Source: Hypanus sabinus (Eukaryota). From it: 64,000 bases of DNA. The notes beneath the pieces are model-generated. The model made no database searches. It worked only from the letters and a program-made list of their open reading frames with translations, and was not told the DNA's origin. A program made the translations under genes and the position numbers. Within the stretch, counting starts at the first letter, position 1. Each line of letters starts with the position of its first letter. Shown piece by piece: positions 48,416 through 60,929 of the stretch. The DNA is taken from contig NW_026779371.1 in NCBI RefSeq assembly GCF_030144855.1, positions 1 through 64,000 on the forward strand, written 5' to 3'.

Positions 48416-50512
48416 TTGGGAAAATGCTGCTATGATCTCACTTTCTATGCCCCTCATGATTTTATAACGCTTCTTCAAGACATTCCTCATCCTCCTTCCC
48501 TCCAGGAACTACAGACCCCGGGTTTCCAAACGTTCGCTCTTCCTAGAGAGTCGCATCTACGCCCAAAGCGCCTTTCCCTCACCAGTTGCGGCCACGATCG
48601 TCTGCATCCGCCCAACTGAACGTGAAAGGATGAATGCCGTATCGAACGTCCATGAGCATTCAGTGTCAGGAATTGAGATAGCGTTTAAGGGGTACCACGT
48701 CATCAAAGTATAACACAATAGCGAGGAAGCCTAATATTAAATCCAATGCCTCTTCCCATTCCGGTATGTCAGTCCTTAGCATCGTCTGTTGCCGTTATAA
48801 GGTCATTCAGCCATTTTGTGGGCGAGCATCTCCCCATTTTCCGCCTGTCTCGCATCTCACCAGACTGTACGGAGAACGATTTCTTAAACCTCCAGTACTT
48901 GCCTTCCCCCATTCCCCTTCTTGGTTCTTTTATTAACCCTTTCTAGCTTTGTCACACCTGTTCTCTTCACCTTGCCTTCCTATCAACTCCCTCTGGTGTC
49001 CGTCCTCCTTCCGTTTAAATGATGTTCAATTCTCCTATCAGGTCAATTCTTCAAGCCATTAACCTTTCCACTTTGCATCTCCCAGCATCCTACTACACCG
49101 CTTCCCCCACCCACATCCCTTCCACTCACGTGGTTGTACCATTCAAATTCGAGGTTGTTGTCACTTCCTTCCCCAACCTTCTGGTTCTGTCTTCCTCACT
49201 CTTTCTCTCCAGTCCTGATGAAATATCGCACATACCCTGCCTCAGATGCTGAATCCTGCAGCATTTTGAGTGCGGTGCATATGAGTTTGTAAGGAAGAAA
49301 ACTGACCTTGTTTCGCTTTATTGACTGAAAGGAAACATTTACTGTTTTTCACCTAACGGTTTCATGTTCGAAGGGCACCGTCTGTTGATAAAATAGGGAT
49401 CATATGCTCCGTGGTTGCAGATTGCAATTGTTTTATTCTCGCTGCAAGGACACCTTACAATAATAATACAAAGGTTAATAATTATCAGCATGATCATTCT
49501 CAGACAGGTAAACCTAGGGATGTTTTCAATGGAGCGTCATACTCTTTCAATGGTTAATATCTTCCTTTCTCTCTGTCATGATCGTATTTATGTTTAGTGG
49601 TGTGTACTTCATATTACAATAACATGCGCTCGCGTGGAGCGTTGAAACCCATTTTCGATGATGAAGGTATGACCTCATCCGTTTTACCTGTATGTTGTAT
49701 AGATTCTAAATGCCCCCTTCAGTACTAGGCTCACTTTAAATAACAAAAGCTAGCTCGAGTGCCCCAGTTTTGATTTTCAATTTTTCTTCGTGCGTTTTCG
49801 AGGTATTAAATTATTAATATCGGATCATCGAATTACTTTTGTTTTATGGTCACTGTTGAAATCTGATTGGCAGATGTTCTTCAACCTTCCAACAAAAAGT
49901 TTTCCTTTTATCACACAAAACATACAGAACTCAGTACATGGAAAAGCAGCAGAAATATGCCGATTTGAAAGAAGAAACTGGAAGGCTTTGGAACGTGAGA
50001 AGACTATGCATTGTTCGGGTTCCCATCCCCCATGTAATTCTAGTTTAAACCACTCTCCATAGCACTAACAAACCTCACTGCAAGGATGCTAATCCCTGTG
50101 TAGTTCAGGTGTTATCCGTCACTCTGGTACAGGTCCCACCTTCTGTCTTCACTCCGTAAACTTTGACGCCCTTACTGATTAAGAACATATGAACATATAC
50201 CCCATGCCACCTGGCTCAAGGGCAGATTCTACCCCACTCTAAAAAGACGATGGCCATTGAGTGGTCCGCAGGTCCGATCAAACGGGCTTTTGAAATCTAG
50301 CTAATTAGATATTTGTCTTAATGTGCGGGTGGGAAGGTGAACATCTTAGTGTGGCTACTGAGTGTAAGTACTGTTGCATGTGACTTTAAACTCCACTTTC
50401 TCTTTGTTTTTTGTCGGTTAAGCGAGCTGCAATTCTACCTTCCACCACCAGCCGCTCCCCGGCGTTGTCAACAGGTTTTTGTTGGGAGTCCCCCTCTCTC
50501 TGAGCCACTGTG

Positions 50513-51340
50513 TAGACTCCAAGCGCAGAAGTATACGGCCGAGTTCTTCAATTCTAGGTTGGAGTTCCTCAGAGTGAAGGTCTTTCCGTCCGGCCTCTTG
50601 GCGGTGAAACCGTCCACTGGCTCGTCGGAATTGACAGCGCCGGGAGCAGTGGAATAAAACAGGTTTTCCTGCTCTTTCCCCGGGAGCTGTCTGTACCAGA
50701 ACATGCGAGGTCAGCACTCGTGCCTTTCACCGTGCACGTCATCGTCACGTTCCCGCCGGGGGATCTGGAGAGCACGGCCGGTATCTGGGCGATCGTCTGC
50801 GAGCTGACCTCTAGGAAAGAGACGGGGAAAGGAGCACGGTTAATGATACTGGTGGAGATCTGGGGGTGCGGGTGAGGTTGGTTGTGCAGGGGATCAGTGT
50901 AGCTCTGGAAACGTAAGAGGAAAGGAAATGTTCGCTAATGATTAAAAACAGTGGATCATTAGAAAGAAATGGAAAAGCAGTCTGGGAAATAAAGAAAAAT
51001 AGAGGGAATTAAAACGAAACTTTGAGAAAGAGGGAAAACAGTCTATGAACGAAAATATAGGTGCAAAGACTGCAAGGAGGAAGAGAGGAAGAGATCGAGA
51101 ATTGGGCAGGAAGAGTGAACCTGAGGCACGCAGTCTGTAGCAGAAGAAAGATGGACGGATTGTAAAAGGAGGATAATTAATTTAGAAAGAACTTAGAAGA
51201 TGAACTCAGACGGGCGAGAAGTGGATCAGGATATAAAGAAGAAAAGGGGGAAAAATGAGAACAAAAGTATTTATCGAGTTTGTAGGGGCAGGAAATTGCT
51301 TACCGTGGGCCCAGATCATAAGTCCGAGGAACACAAACAT
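50513..51340 (-). pseudogene. TRBV: V13: TCR beta V with a single 1-bp frameshift in CDR1
   Basis: Leader 51304-51340 (MFVFLGLMIWAH); V exon 50513-50810: SSQTIAQIP..TCTVKGTSADL, frameshift, MFWYRQ..YFCAWSL. Consensus RSS CACAGTG (50506-50512) / 23 / ACAAAAACC (50474-50482). Confidence 0.9.
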
Positions 51341-51759
51341 CCCTGTTCAGAAACGTTCCTTCTGATAATGAGCGAGTCTTGTGCTCAGCTGCCATTTATC
51401 ACATTTGTAAAGGCAGAGAGAGCCAGGAAGAGATGCCACGCCCATTTTAGAAGAAAGACCCACCCTCCACTTACAATTCGACTCTTTATTGGCGGATGAA
51501 TACAGTATTAACGATTTGTCAATCGCTTTTCTGTTTTTGTTCTGTAGTAATCCAGTACACTGTAAGTTTGACTATCGTTAGTTAATAGAAATTTTCATTG
51601 CAATATTTTCAGCGTTCACCGCCAGCGACCCGGGTTCAAATCCCGCCGCTGGCTGTAAAGGAGTTTATCGGCTCTCCTGGTGAACGCCTGGCTTCCCACC
51701 GGGTATCGAAAGCACTTGTGTAAACAAATAAAAAAAAACATGATCCTCACATTGCTGCC

Positions 51760-52700
51760 CTGATTGTCCAAGAGGCAGTAGTCTCTGTTGTGCAGATCAC
51801 GACAGTCTCCTCAACACGGATCCGTTCTTGGCTGGCAAGCTGCAGGGGGTCGATGGCTGATCTGGCCACGGTCGGAGGTGAGACAGGATCAGCCTCGACA
51901 GAGTCTTCATGATATGACAGTTCACGGCCACTGGACGGTAGTCATTCGAGACTTTAAGTTGGCCGTTGTTGGCTACTGTGACACGCATGATGTTTCCACG
52001 CTTTCAACCCTGAGAATCCAGTTGGAAATGCGATGGGAAACTCCACACAGCCACTGAGCAGGTTCCCCCAGGAACTTGGGAGATCACAACTTGAGAACAC
52101 AATGCTTTGCCCTGTCCGAGTCTCCCCAGAGACCTTCTCACCTGCTCAGTAGTTTTGGTGAACTGGGGATTTGGTGGAAGGTGTGGCTGTTGTTTCCCAT
52201 CGGGACGTTCGGAGTTGGGATCAGGAGTTGTGGATGGCAGGTGCAGGGCAGGGAGGGGGTCTGGCTTAGAAGAGAGCATTTGGCAATTCACTTGACTTGC
52301 ATATCGTTCATGCAGATCAAAGCATTGAGGTCGTAACATGATACATGATAATAAACAACTGGATTGCAGGTCGAGAATAACTTGCAAGATCCTACCCAGT
52401 TTGAGTGGTAGGTCAATTCTGTATGCGTTCTTCGTCTTAGTACAGCAGTGAGTACGCTGTCCTTGAGCAAGTGGTGCGGACTGAAGCATTTGTGTTTTCT
52501 TCCCGACGGAAGGGGGTGGTAGGAAATATTGGGCTGAATGGAAACTAGAATGTGCCGGCTGCTTTACCGTGGCAGTGGGATGTATAGGTAGAGTCTGTGG
52601 AGGGCAGGCTATATCTCCTGATGTGCTGAGCCGTGTTTTAACAGGCCATGATACATCCACGGATATGGTTATACATGGGCTGATGTGCCTGCATGGCACG
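51760..52700 (-). mobile_element. Rex1/Babar-like LINE RT fragment
   Basis: NDYRPVAVNCHIMKTLSRLILSHLRP motif. Confidence 0.7.
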
Positions 52701-54029
52701 CAAGCTAACGATTTTTATTATGTTTGAGCACTGGTAGTTAATTATCGTCTATACTGTTGGCACCACGGTCTTGTAGGACTTTTCGACCGGGCAGGAACCT
52801 AAGATGTTGCGGGAGCAGTTAACCCAGCGTAACAATAACACAGCTCTCCTCCATCTACCTGAGGTAAAACAGCTACCATTTCGGACTTTGTACCCGGAGC
52901 TAAAATAGGGATTTCTGCAGTTAATTTTGTTCATTTCGCCGGTAACGGATCAGAATCTGAAAGCTGAACAGGAACTGCCTCAGCTGGAGGTGGTAATTAA
53001 CATCCGGTCTCTCTATCAGTTTTGGGGGAACCCTTTCAAAGCTGGTCCGTGGACCTAGAGCGCTCTCTACAGTCGCCGTGGAGGAAACACTCACCAAACA
53101 CAAGTTTATTCGATTACAATTGATTTCTAAAACTAATTATTTCGTTCTAAGTTTCTACTACAAACTCTGTTGATCTGTGAGGCAGAGGAGACTGGAATGT
53201 TGCAAGCGGGTGGTGATCTCAGCAGATCAGAGCAGGTAGAAGGTGGAACACCACAACACATGAACTGGCCCTCTGAATTGAGATTCGAGTCAAAGAAAGG
53301 TAGGGCTCAGAAACAAACGCTTCGGACTACATAGCTGTGCCGAACTATGTAACATGCCTAATATCATTGCCCAATCCCCGGATCAGATGCCCTCCATAGC
53401 TCTGCCACACATGTACCAAAAGCACCTTCTCTGAAACGTTGATATCGGAATCTCATGCTCCATTTGTGCGCTGGTCCTTCATCATTCCCTGACTGAAGAC
53501 GCTTCCTCTCATGCTCCGCTTAAGCATTTCGACTCTCACCCTTTGCGCAGTTCCTCACGTTGCCCCATCCAGCCTCTGTGTAAAGGCCTGCTTGCATTTA
53601 CTCTAGCTATATCCGTCATACACGGCCAGGTGGCGCTCGTGAGTCTTGGACCGGAGCCCGCCGAGGAGAAGGAACACTCTGATTTTACACCTCCGCTGCC
53701 TTCCGGCCATGCGCACCCATGGGAACGGCTTCGGGGGTAAGCCCCGAGGAAGAAATCCGGAGCCGGCGTCCCTAAGGAAGCTTGATGTTGTTTGCAGCTT
53801 GACTCTGGCAACCTGTACGACGACAACTGCTGTCAAGCTGTAGCGGCGCTTGCCCTTCCCTGTTACTACATCAGAGACGTGAAGAAGCCGCTGCATGGAC
53901 AACAGCCGGTTCTTCAAATCCTCCCGCCGAGGTTTGCGCCCTGGAGTGGATGCAGTTCGCCAGAGAAGCGTACCAGTGATCCCCTGGGATCTGCGGCTAC
54001 GACTATTATTACTACTTCTCCTCATCCTC

Positions 54030-54190
54030 ATAATTGTGTATCCCTCTATCAAATCCCCCCTCAGCTTTCTGCATTCCAAGCAATAAACTCCAAACCTATT
54101 CAATCTTTCCTTATAACTGGGGTCCTGGAGTCCCGGCGACGTTCTTGTATATTTTACTTTCAAACGCGCATAGGTCGTTCCGCAGGTATG
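54030..54190 (-). mobile_element. CR1 LINE fragment
   Basis: PGLQDPSYKERLNRFGVYCLECRKLRGDLIE. Confidence 0.7.
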
Positions 54191-54978
54191 TAAAGGAGTC
54201 GGTACAGAAAACTGTAAATTAGGGCTCTCCAACGTCTTTCTCAACTTCAAGATATCTGGGAACCAATCGTCACCACAGCTTGTTTTGTCGTCCAACCTCT
54301 TGTTTAGTTGTCTGTTCTCGTTTCAGTCACACCTCGTGATTCAAGCCTCGGATCCTCCAGCACTTGGGTCCAGACAGTCTCTCGCCAGTGAGGGAATAGC
54401 CACGAATCCGCGTCAGCCATTTTACTTTCTCAGAACCCTGGCAAACGTGCGGAGGCGTCCCCCGTTGAATTTGCTTCTGGTTTGCAATTAGCACGCACAG
54501 CAGTTCCCCACACCGTCTGCACCACGCCATCCTCTCGCAGTCCCCATCGGACAGGAAGTAGGGAAGGTGAAAGTCCTCACAGGATTAGGGTCAGGAACAA
54601 TGACTTCCCTTCAACCATTCTGCAAACAGACCGGCACGAATGGAACAATTTGTCAAGCAATGGACTCCGTATTTTTTCGTTTTTTTTCAAATGTGTGGTG
54701 AACTGCATGGATTGTGTATAATTACAGTTTAATTGACTTTTCTTTCTGGTGAGTCTTGTGTCTCTGATGCAGCTGGAAGTTTCTTTTTCACTGCGCATGT
54801 GCAGAGACGGTTTTGGGCGGATGGCAAGAAACTCAGCCACGGGATGTTGCTTCTCGAAATTAAGTTTCACTTCTCCATGTTGCGAATAATCTTACAGCCC
54901 TCCAGCTGGCTTCCGCTCCCCTGACTCTCGCTTCTGATGGGTTTTTGTAGCGCTCCTGGATCTGTCGGCGCCGCTGTG

Positions 54979-56332
54979 AGTACTCCAGGCGCAGAGAAGC
55001 AAGGCCGAGTGACTGACTTGCAGCTCGGAGAGGTTCAGGAGGAACAGCGTTTCCTCGGGTCGCACGGCGGTGAATCCATCGACAGCCTCCTGCGGTGTGA
55101 CCGAACCCGGGCTCACGGAATAAAACAGGTTCCGAAGCTGCTCTCCCGCCCGCTGCCGGTACCAGAACATACTAAAGGCACCGCTGCCCGACAGAGTGCA
55201 TCTCAGTGTCACGGTGTCTCCTGGAGAGCCGCTGTAGGCCACTGGAGTCTGCCGGATGGTCTGCGAGCTCGCCGCTGGGGAAGGATGTCGGGGAAAAGAA
55301 GTATCAGTGAACAGGCAGTGTTGGACGGTGGGGTCTGGAGAGACAGTTTCGGCGCGGTGGGGAAAAGGGATCCACAGGGTTCGGAAAGATGGGTAGTAAA
55401 TTTGGCAAAGAAGACATAAAGAGACAAGACATCGTAGAATTGGAATGAACTGTGTGCAGTGTTCCAGTCTGCGTATCCTCCCCCACCCCGGCCTGGCCCA
55501 GTCCCAAACGTCAGGAGCACGGTGCAGAGTTACCGTCTCCATATCTCTCCCTGCGCCAGATTCGCACCGTGCACTCGAGATGGAACAGTGCAGAGCAAGA
55601 AAAAGCTTGATGAAATTCTACGTAATCGAGTCTGCCGGCACGTGTTCCATGGCCCTTTCTTGTCTCTCTATTCACGGGTCTATCTAAATAATTCTTCAAA
55701 GTAACCATCAAACACCCACTGTGATTACAAAAGTGGACATGGAAATCTCCTTTTAACATTCCCTCTCTCCCTTTAAACTCCGGCCCTCTGACATCTCCGC
55801 AGTCACTGTGGTTGTCCGCCCTGATAAGTTTACAGACCTCAATCACTATCCTTCCACCGCCGAATCCACTGCTTGTCTAACATCTAATTAAAGCTAACCA
55901 GTTTCGTGACAACATATTGGGAATCCGTTCACAAAAACAAAAAAATAAATAAAACAAAATTTAAAAAACTACAACAGTACATTGGATTATTCCTACAAAT
56001 GCGGCGAGAAGAATTGTCACACTATTTCAAAAGTTGCCTCGACATAAATAAAAAAAATGCACCCTTGCACTCTGAATTTCAGATATTTACCTTTACAACT
56101 TCAACTGCTAAAGATCCTTCTCGCTTCCATGGCCACTTTTGAATCTCAATATGGACGGACACTAAATTTCATCTGTCCTACGTCTCTCGCCATGGACAAT
56201 GACCCTTGATTCATGCATCTGAACTCCTTAAATGAAGCGAACAAACGATAAGCAAATTAAATCTTTGCAAACATTCTTACGCTGAACGAAAAGCACCGTC
56301 GCGATTAGCAGTATCAATCGCTCAGTCGACAT
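54979..56332 (-). CDS. TRBV: V14: TCR beta V gene, open frame, atypical LLLC in place of YxC
   Basis: V exon 54979-55274 (ASSQTIRQTP..LRCTLSG..MFWYRQ..SALLLCAWST). Best leader candidate is 56281-56332 (MSTERLILLIATVLFVQ, GTAAGA donor, phase 1); this assignment is uncertain. RSS CACAGCG (54972-54978) / 23 / ACAAAAACC (54940-54948). Confidence 0.82.
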
Positions 56333-58304
56333 TTGTTGTTTCATCTTCAAGTAAGATGGCAGACTATACGCCACCAGCCCCTTTATTACGACTCTCGTCA
56401 TGTGATTGGCTGTTTTACTCCTATGTCTCTGATTGGAGGAATGTGCGCAGAATCGGATCGATGGAGACCGGATGTCCAGGTGCTGCAGTGGAAACAGGGG
56501 GCACTCCGTATCCATACGGGGATCATCTCAGCGATAACCCCTGCGGCAATTTATAGCAAATTGCACATCTTACTGGTTTGCAATAAACTCACTTGATATT
56601 AAACAACAATTTAGTACGGGAGATCCCCTCTTTGAAATTAATAAGAGAACAGCAGAGTAGCTGTTAGCGCGACACCATTACAGCTCGTCCTGAGTTCATG
56701 GTGAATTTCAGACGGCATCTGTGAGATTTTGTACTTTCTCCACGTGAACCACGTTGGTTTCCTCCCACCTCCCGAAGGCGGACCGTTTGGTAGGTTGATT
56801 GGTCATTCTATTGTCCTGTAGTTAAGCTAGACGGGCCACCCGGCTCGTTCGGTCGGAAGGGCCAGTTGCACGATGTAATTCTAGATAAATAAATCATATT
56901 AAAGTACGAGGGGATGGTGCGACGTTAAGAATTTTCAGACTCTTATTTGGAGTCAAGATCAAAGTTCAGTTGTGCACAAGTACATCTGAATCAGTTTATT
57001 ACCCGTCTGTGAAACATTCCAGGATTGATTGTGATTCAATGCCAAGCATAAAGCACAGGGCAGGATCATTACAGACAACACAATAGCAACCAGCAGTTTA
57101 CAAGGCGTGTGCAAACAACGATTAACAGAACGGTCACGTGTGCAAACGTCAGCAAACAACTCTCACCGCCCACTTATCCAGTGTGCATGAAGTGATCCGA
57201 GCAGAAAGGATGAATGGTCGATGCTTGATAAACTGATAACGCAAGGGGGGAGTGGAAGCTGGGTGGGTGGGATGGACAGTGCAACAACACGAGACAGCGG
57301 TTTTACCATGTTAGGAGTTTGATGTGATCTAGAATGTCAACGCCGCTTGTTTTGAGGCTCCAAATCACAGGATGTCAAGAGTCTGTAGAGGGTTGTAGAA
57401 TCAACTCACTCGGTGCATCCAGCAAGAGCCCAGCGAGAGCTGTGGAAAAAGCCAGCCTCAGCAGGGACTCAATCATCCCCAATAGTCTGGATATTGTTAG
57501 GAGATGAGCATCGCGCCCACCAGCTCTGAGAACCCGCGCCACCAGGGTCATGTCTTCGTCTCCTTGCCAACATCGGGCAGCAGGTAGAGGAGACCGAAGA
57601 CCCGTACTTAACGATTCCGGAACAGCTTCATACACCGCACCAGCAGATTTATGAAGATTCATGAACTCATGAAAAGTGATTTGTTATTACCCTTTTACTC
57701 TCCGTCTCTCTGTCTGTCGTGTCTGTCTGTCTGTCTGTCTGTCTGTGTCTCTCTCTCTCTCTCTCTGTCCCTCGCTCTCTACGACATTAAATAACATTTT
57801 GTAGTAACATCCGGTGTCACTGTCCCTCTCTCTTTCTCACTTTCACTGTCTCTCTCCATCTGTCTATCTCTTTCTCTGCGTCCTGTCAGCGACATGAGCC
57901 TGCGTTTCGTTCTGCTTTCTCCATAACTGCGTGGGTCTCCTCAGTGTCGTTCGATTTCCTCCCATAGTGCAAAGACGTAAGAGTTGATTAATCAAATGGT
58001 CACGTGGGAGAAATTGTCCTGCGCGTATCCGTTGGGCTGGTAGGATTGCTGTATCGCCAAAGAAAGTAAAAGATAACAATTTATCCAGGAATTTTAAAAG
58101 AAATCATTTTAGAATTAATAGAAATACGTCATCACTTCTTCCAGTTGACAAAAGCAGGCCAGTCCTGGATCTGTCACTGTGACACAATCGTGTAAGACGT
58201 GAGCCCGATATATTACCACCTCGAGGAAGAACAAATGTACTTCAATACAGCCGAGGAAACAGGGAACGGTTTTCAAAGGGAGGTCCACCTCTTGAAGCTC
58301 TGCG

Positions 58305-58560
58305 AGGTACAGCAAGCGCAGAAGAGGACGGCCGATTGAGAGGGCGAGGGTTCCTTCATTTCCAGTGACAAGCACGTATCACTGAACATCTTGGCCGTGT
58401 ATCCGACAGGCGTGTAGGTGCTGATGGAGACTTGCCCAGCGGAGGTTAACAAGAGATCCAGTGTCCACACATTCTCTACCAGTACCAGCGTGCATGCGAA
58501 GTGCGTCTTCCCGCCAGCTCCAATCGAGGGGCAAGAATGTATTGATTAAGTAGCGAAGGG
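58305..58560 (-). pseudogene. TRBV: V15: CACSS-subgroup V pseudogene with CDR1 deleted and a defective RSS
   Basis: SIGAGGKTHFACTL, CDR1 lost, ..SAGQVSISTYT..SAVLFCACCT. Heptamer is CGCAGAG (58298-58304, CAC lost); nonamer degenerate. Confidence 0.8.
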
Positions 58561-59617
58561 CCACTAATTACAGTTTGGTCCGAAAAGGGTGTTCAACTGT
58601 CTTGAGTCAACTCAGAGGTCTCCCCTCCCATTCTCCGTCAACACTCACTTCTCTACGCCTATTTCGATCTCCATTACCCTCGTCCTCCCTTACATACATC
58701 CCTGTCCCTGCCATTCCATCTATCCCCTGCAACCCTCCGCTTCTCAGTAACCTCTCCCTCCCCTACATAGCCCGGTTATTGTGATCTCCCCCTCCAATAC
58801 GCTGCTCACCATCTCCGTCAGACCCTCCCTCTCGTACATAGGCCCCGTTTCCGCTATTTTCCCTCCACTATATCCCTCCCCGAATCCGTAATCTCCTCCT
58901 ACACCGACGGTCACACCGGCCTCCATGACCGGCTCCCTAACCATTACCTTGTCTGCTACTTTTATTTTCCAGTGTCTGCAGTATCTGTTCTGTCGAAAAA
59001 TATAGGTTTAACAGGAGGGGGAAAATGCGATGAAGCTTCTCTACACACGGGAAGTGGCTGATGCAATTACATTTACAATGCCGAGTAGTATTCAGGGACA
59101 GCACGGTTGACGTGACGGAATGGCATCGCCAGCGAGCCTCGTTCAGTTTTATAAGGAATTCCAACGTTCTACTCTGGACCGCGTAAATTTCATGCGGGTG
59201 CTCCGGTTTCATCTCACATTCCGAAGACATAAATGGTAGTAGGTTATTTGGTCACCCAGGGGTAATTGGACGATGTTGGTTCACTCTGCTGAATCTGTAA
59301 AAAAGGCTCTGAGATGGGGAAGGATTAGAGAGATATCGCTTCCAGACTGAACGTATAGCTTCTTGGTGAAATGGTGAAAATTTAGGAGTAACATGTTCAG
59401 ACAGAGAGAGGTATGTACATGGAATTAGCTAAAAATACCACAACTATTAGAACAACCACACCGGAATTTCCCAGTAGTTCCGGCAGCGTCCACAGACAGT
59501 GGAACAAACATGAGCTCTTAGTTGTAAAGTAAATAAAATGATAAAGATCTAAATTGAATTGAATTGACATTATTTCTTACATCCTTCACAAACATGAGGA
59601 GTAAAAATCACTCAAGT

Positions 59618-60885
59618 CATAGAAACATAGAAACATTAAAAATAGATGCAAGGAGAGCGCCATTCGGCCCTTCGAGTCTGGACCGCCATTCAGTATGATC
59701 ATGGCTGATCATCCAACTCAGAACCCTGTACCTGCTTTCTCTCCATACCCCCGATCCCTTTAGCCACAAGGGCCATATCTTACTTCCTCTTAAATATAGC
59801 CAATGAACCGGCCTCAACTGTTTCCTGTGGCTGAGAATTCCACAGATTCACCACTCTCTGTGTGAAGAAGTTTTTCGTCATCTCGGTGCTAAAAGGCTTC
59901 CCTTTAATCCTTAAACTGTGACCCCTCGTTCTGGACTTACCCAAAATCGGAAACAATCTTCCTGCATCTAGCCTGTCCAAACCCTGCAATCCTTAGGAAC
60001 TAATCCAGAATATGAGGAGTTTAGAAAAAATATCGCTAATGCAGCCACTGTTTCTTGGGCTACTTCCTTAAGCATTCTGGAATGCAGACCATCTGGCACT
60101 GGGGATTTGTCTGCCTTTAATCCCTTCAATTTAACTAACACCACTTCCTTACAAACATTTATTTCCCTCAGTTCCTCCATCTCACTAGACCCTAGATCCC
60201 TTACTATTTCCGGAAGATTGTTTATGTCCTCCTTAGTGAAAACAGAACCAAAGTAGTTTTTCATTTGCTCTGCCATGAATTTGCTCCCTATGATCAATTC
60301 GCCTGTTTCTGACTGTAAAGGACCTACATTTGTCTTGACCAATCTTTTCCTATTCACTTAGCTATAAAGTCTTTTAGTCAGTTTTTATGTTCCCTGCCAC
60401 CTTTCTCTCATAATCTTTTTTTTTTTCCTTTTCCTAGTTAAGACCTTTGTTCTCCTCTGCTGGTCTCTGAATTTCTCGCAGTCCTCAAGTGTGCCGCGTT
60501 TTTTTGCTAATTTATATGTTTCTTCTTTGGACTTGATACTATCACTAATTTCCCTTGTCAGCCACGGGCGCAGTGGTTTAGTCCCTGATTTATTCTTTTG
60601 CCAAACTGGGATGAACAACTGTTGTAGTTCATCCATGCGATCTTTAAATGCTTGTCATTGCATATCCACTGTCAACCCTTTAAGTATCATTTGCCAGTCT
60701 ATCTTAACTAATTCACGTCTCATACCTTCAAAGTTACCCTTCTTTAAGTTCAGAATCTTTGTATCTGAATTAGCTATGTCACTCTCCATCTTAATGCAGA
60801 ATTCCACCATATTATGGTCACTCTTACCCAAGGGGCATCGCAGGAAAAGATTGCTAACTAACGCTTCCTTATTGCTCCTTCTAAC
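59618..60885 (-). mobile_element. CR1 LINE, internally deleted (3' tail joined to the endonuclease/linker region)
   Basis: CTATGTTT tail; GKSRTRGHSLRIKG; KTNVGPLQSETGE; KSDHNMVEF. Confidence 0.9.
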
Positions 60886-60929
60886 GGCCTGGTAGAAGAA
60901 GCTGCCCCGAATCCAATTGGTACCGCTTT

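Noticed and set aside
55275-55542. Open frame running through the V14 intron from ATG 55542 (possible intronless V)
   Set aside because: Not signal-peptide-like, and a normal acceptor exists at 55275/55276; most likely chance.
58744-58944. Gly-rich minus-strand ORF
   Set aside because: Antisense of a pyrimidine-rich, probably retroelement-derived tract; no gene structure.
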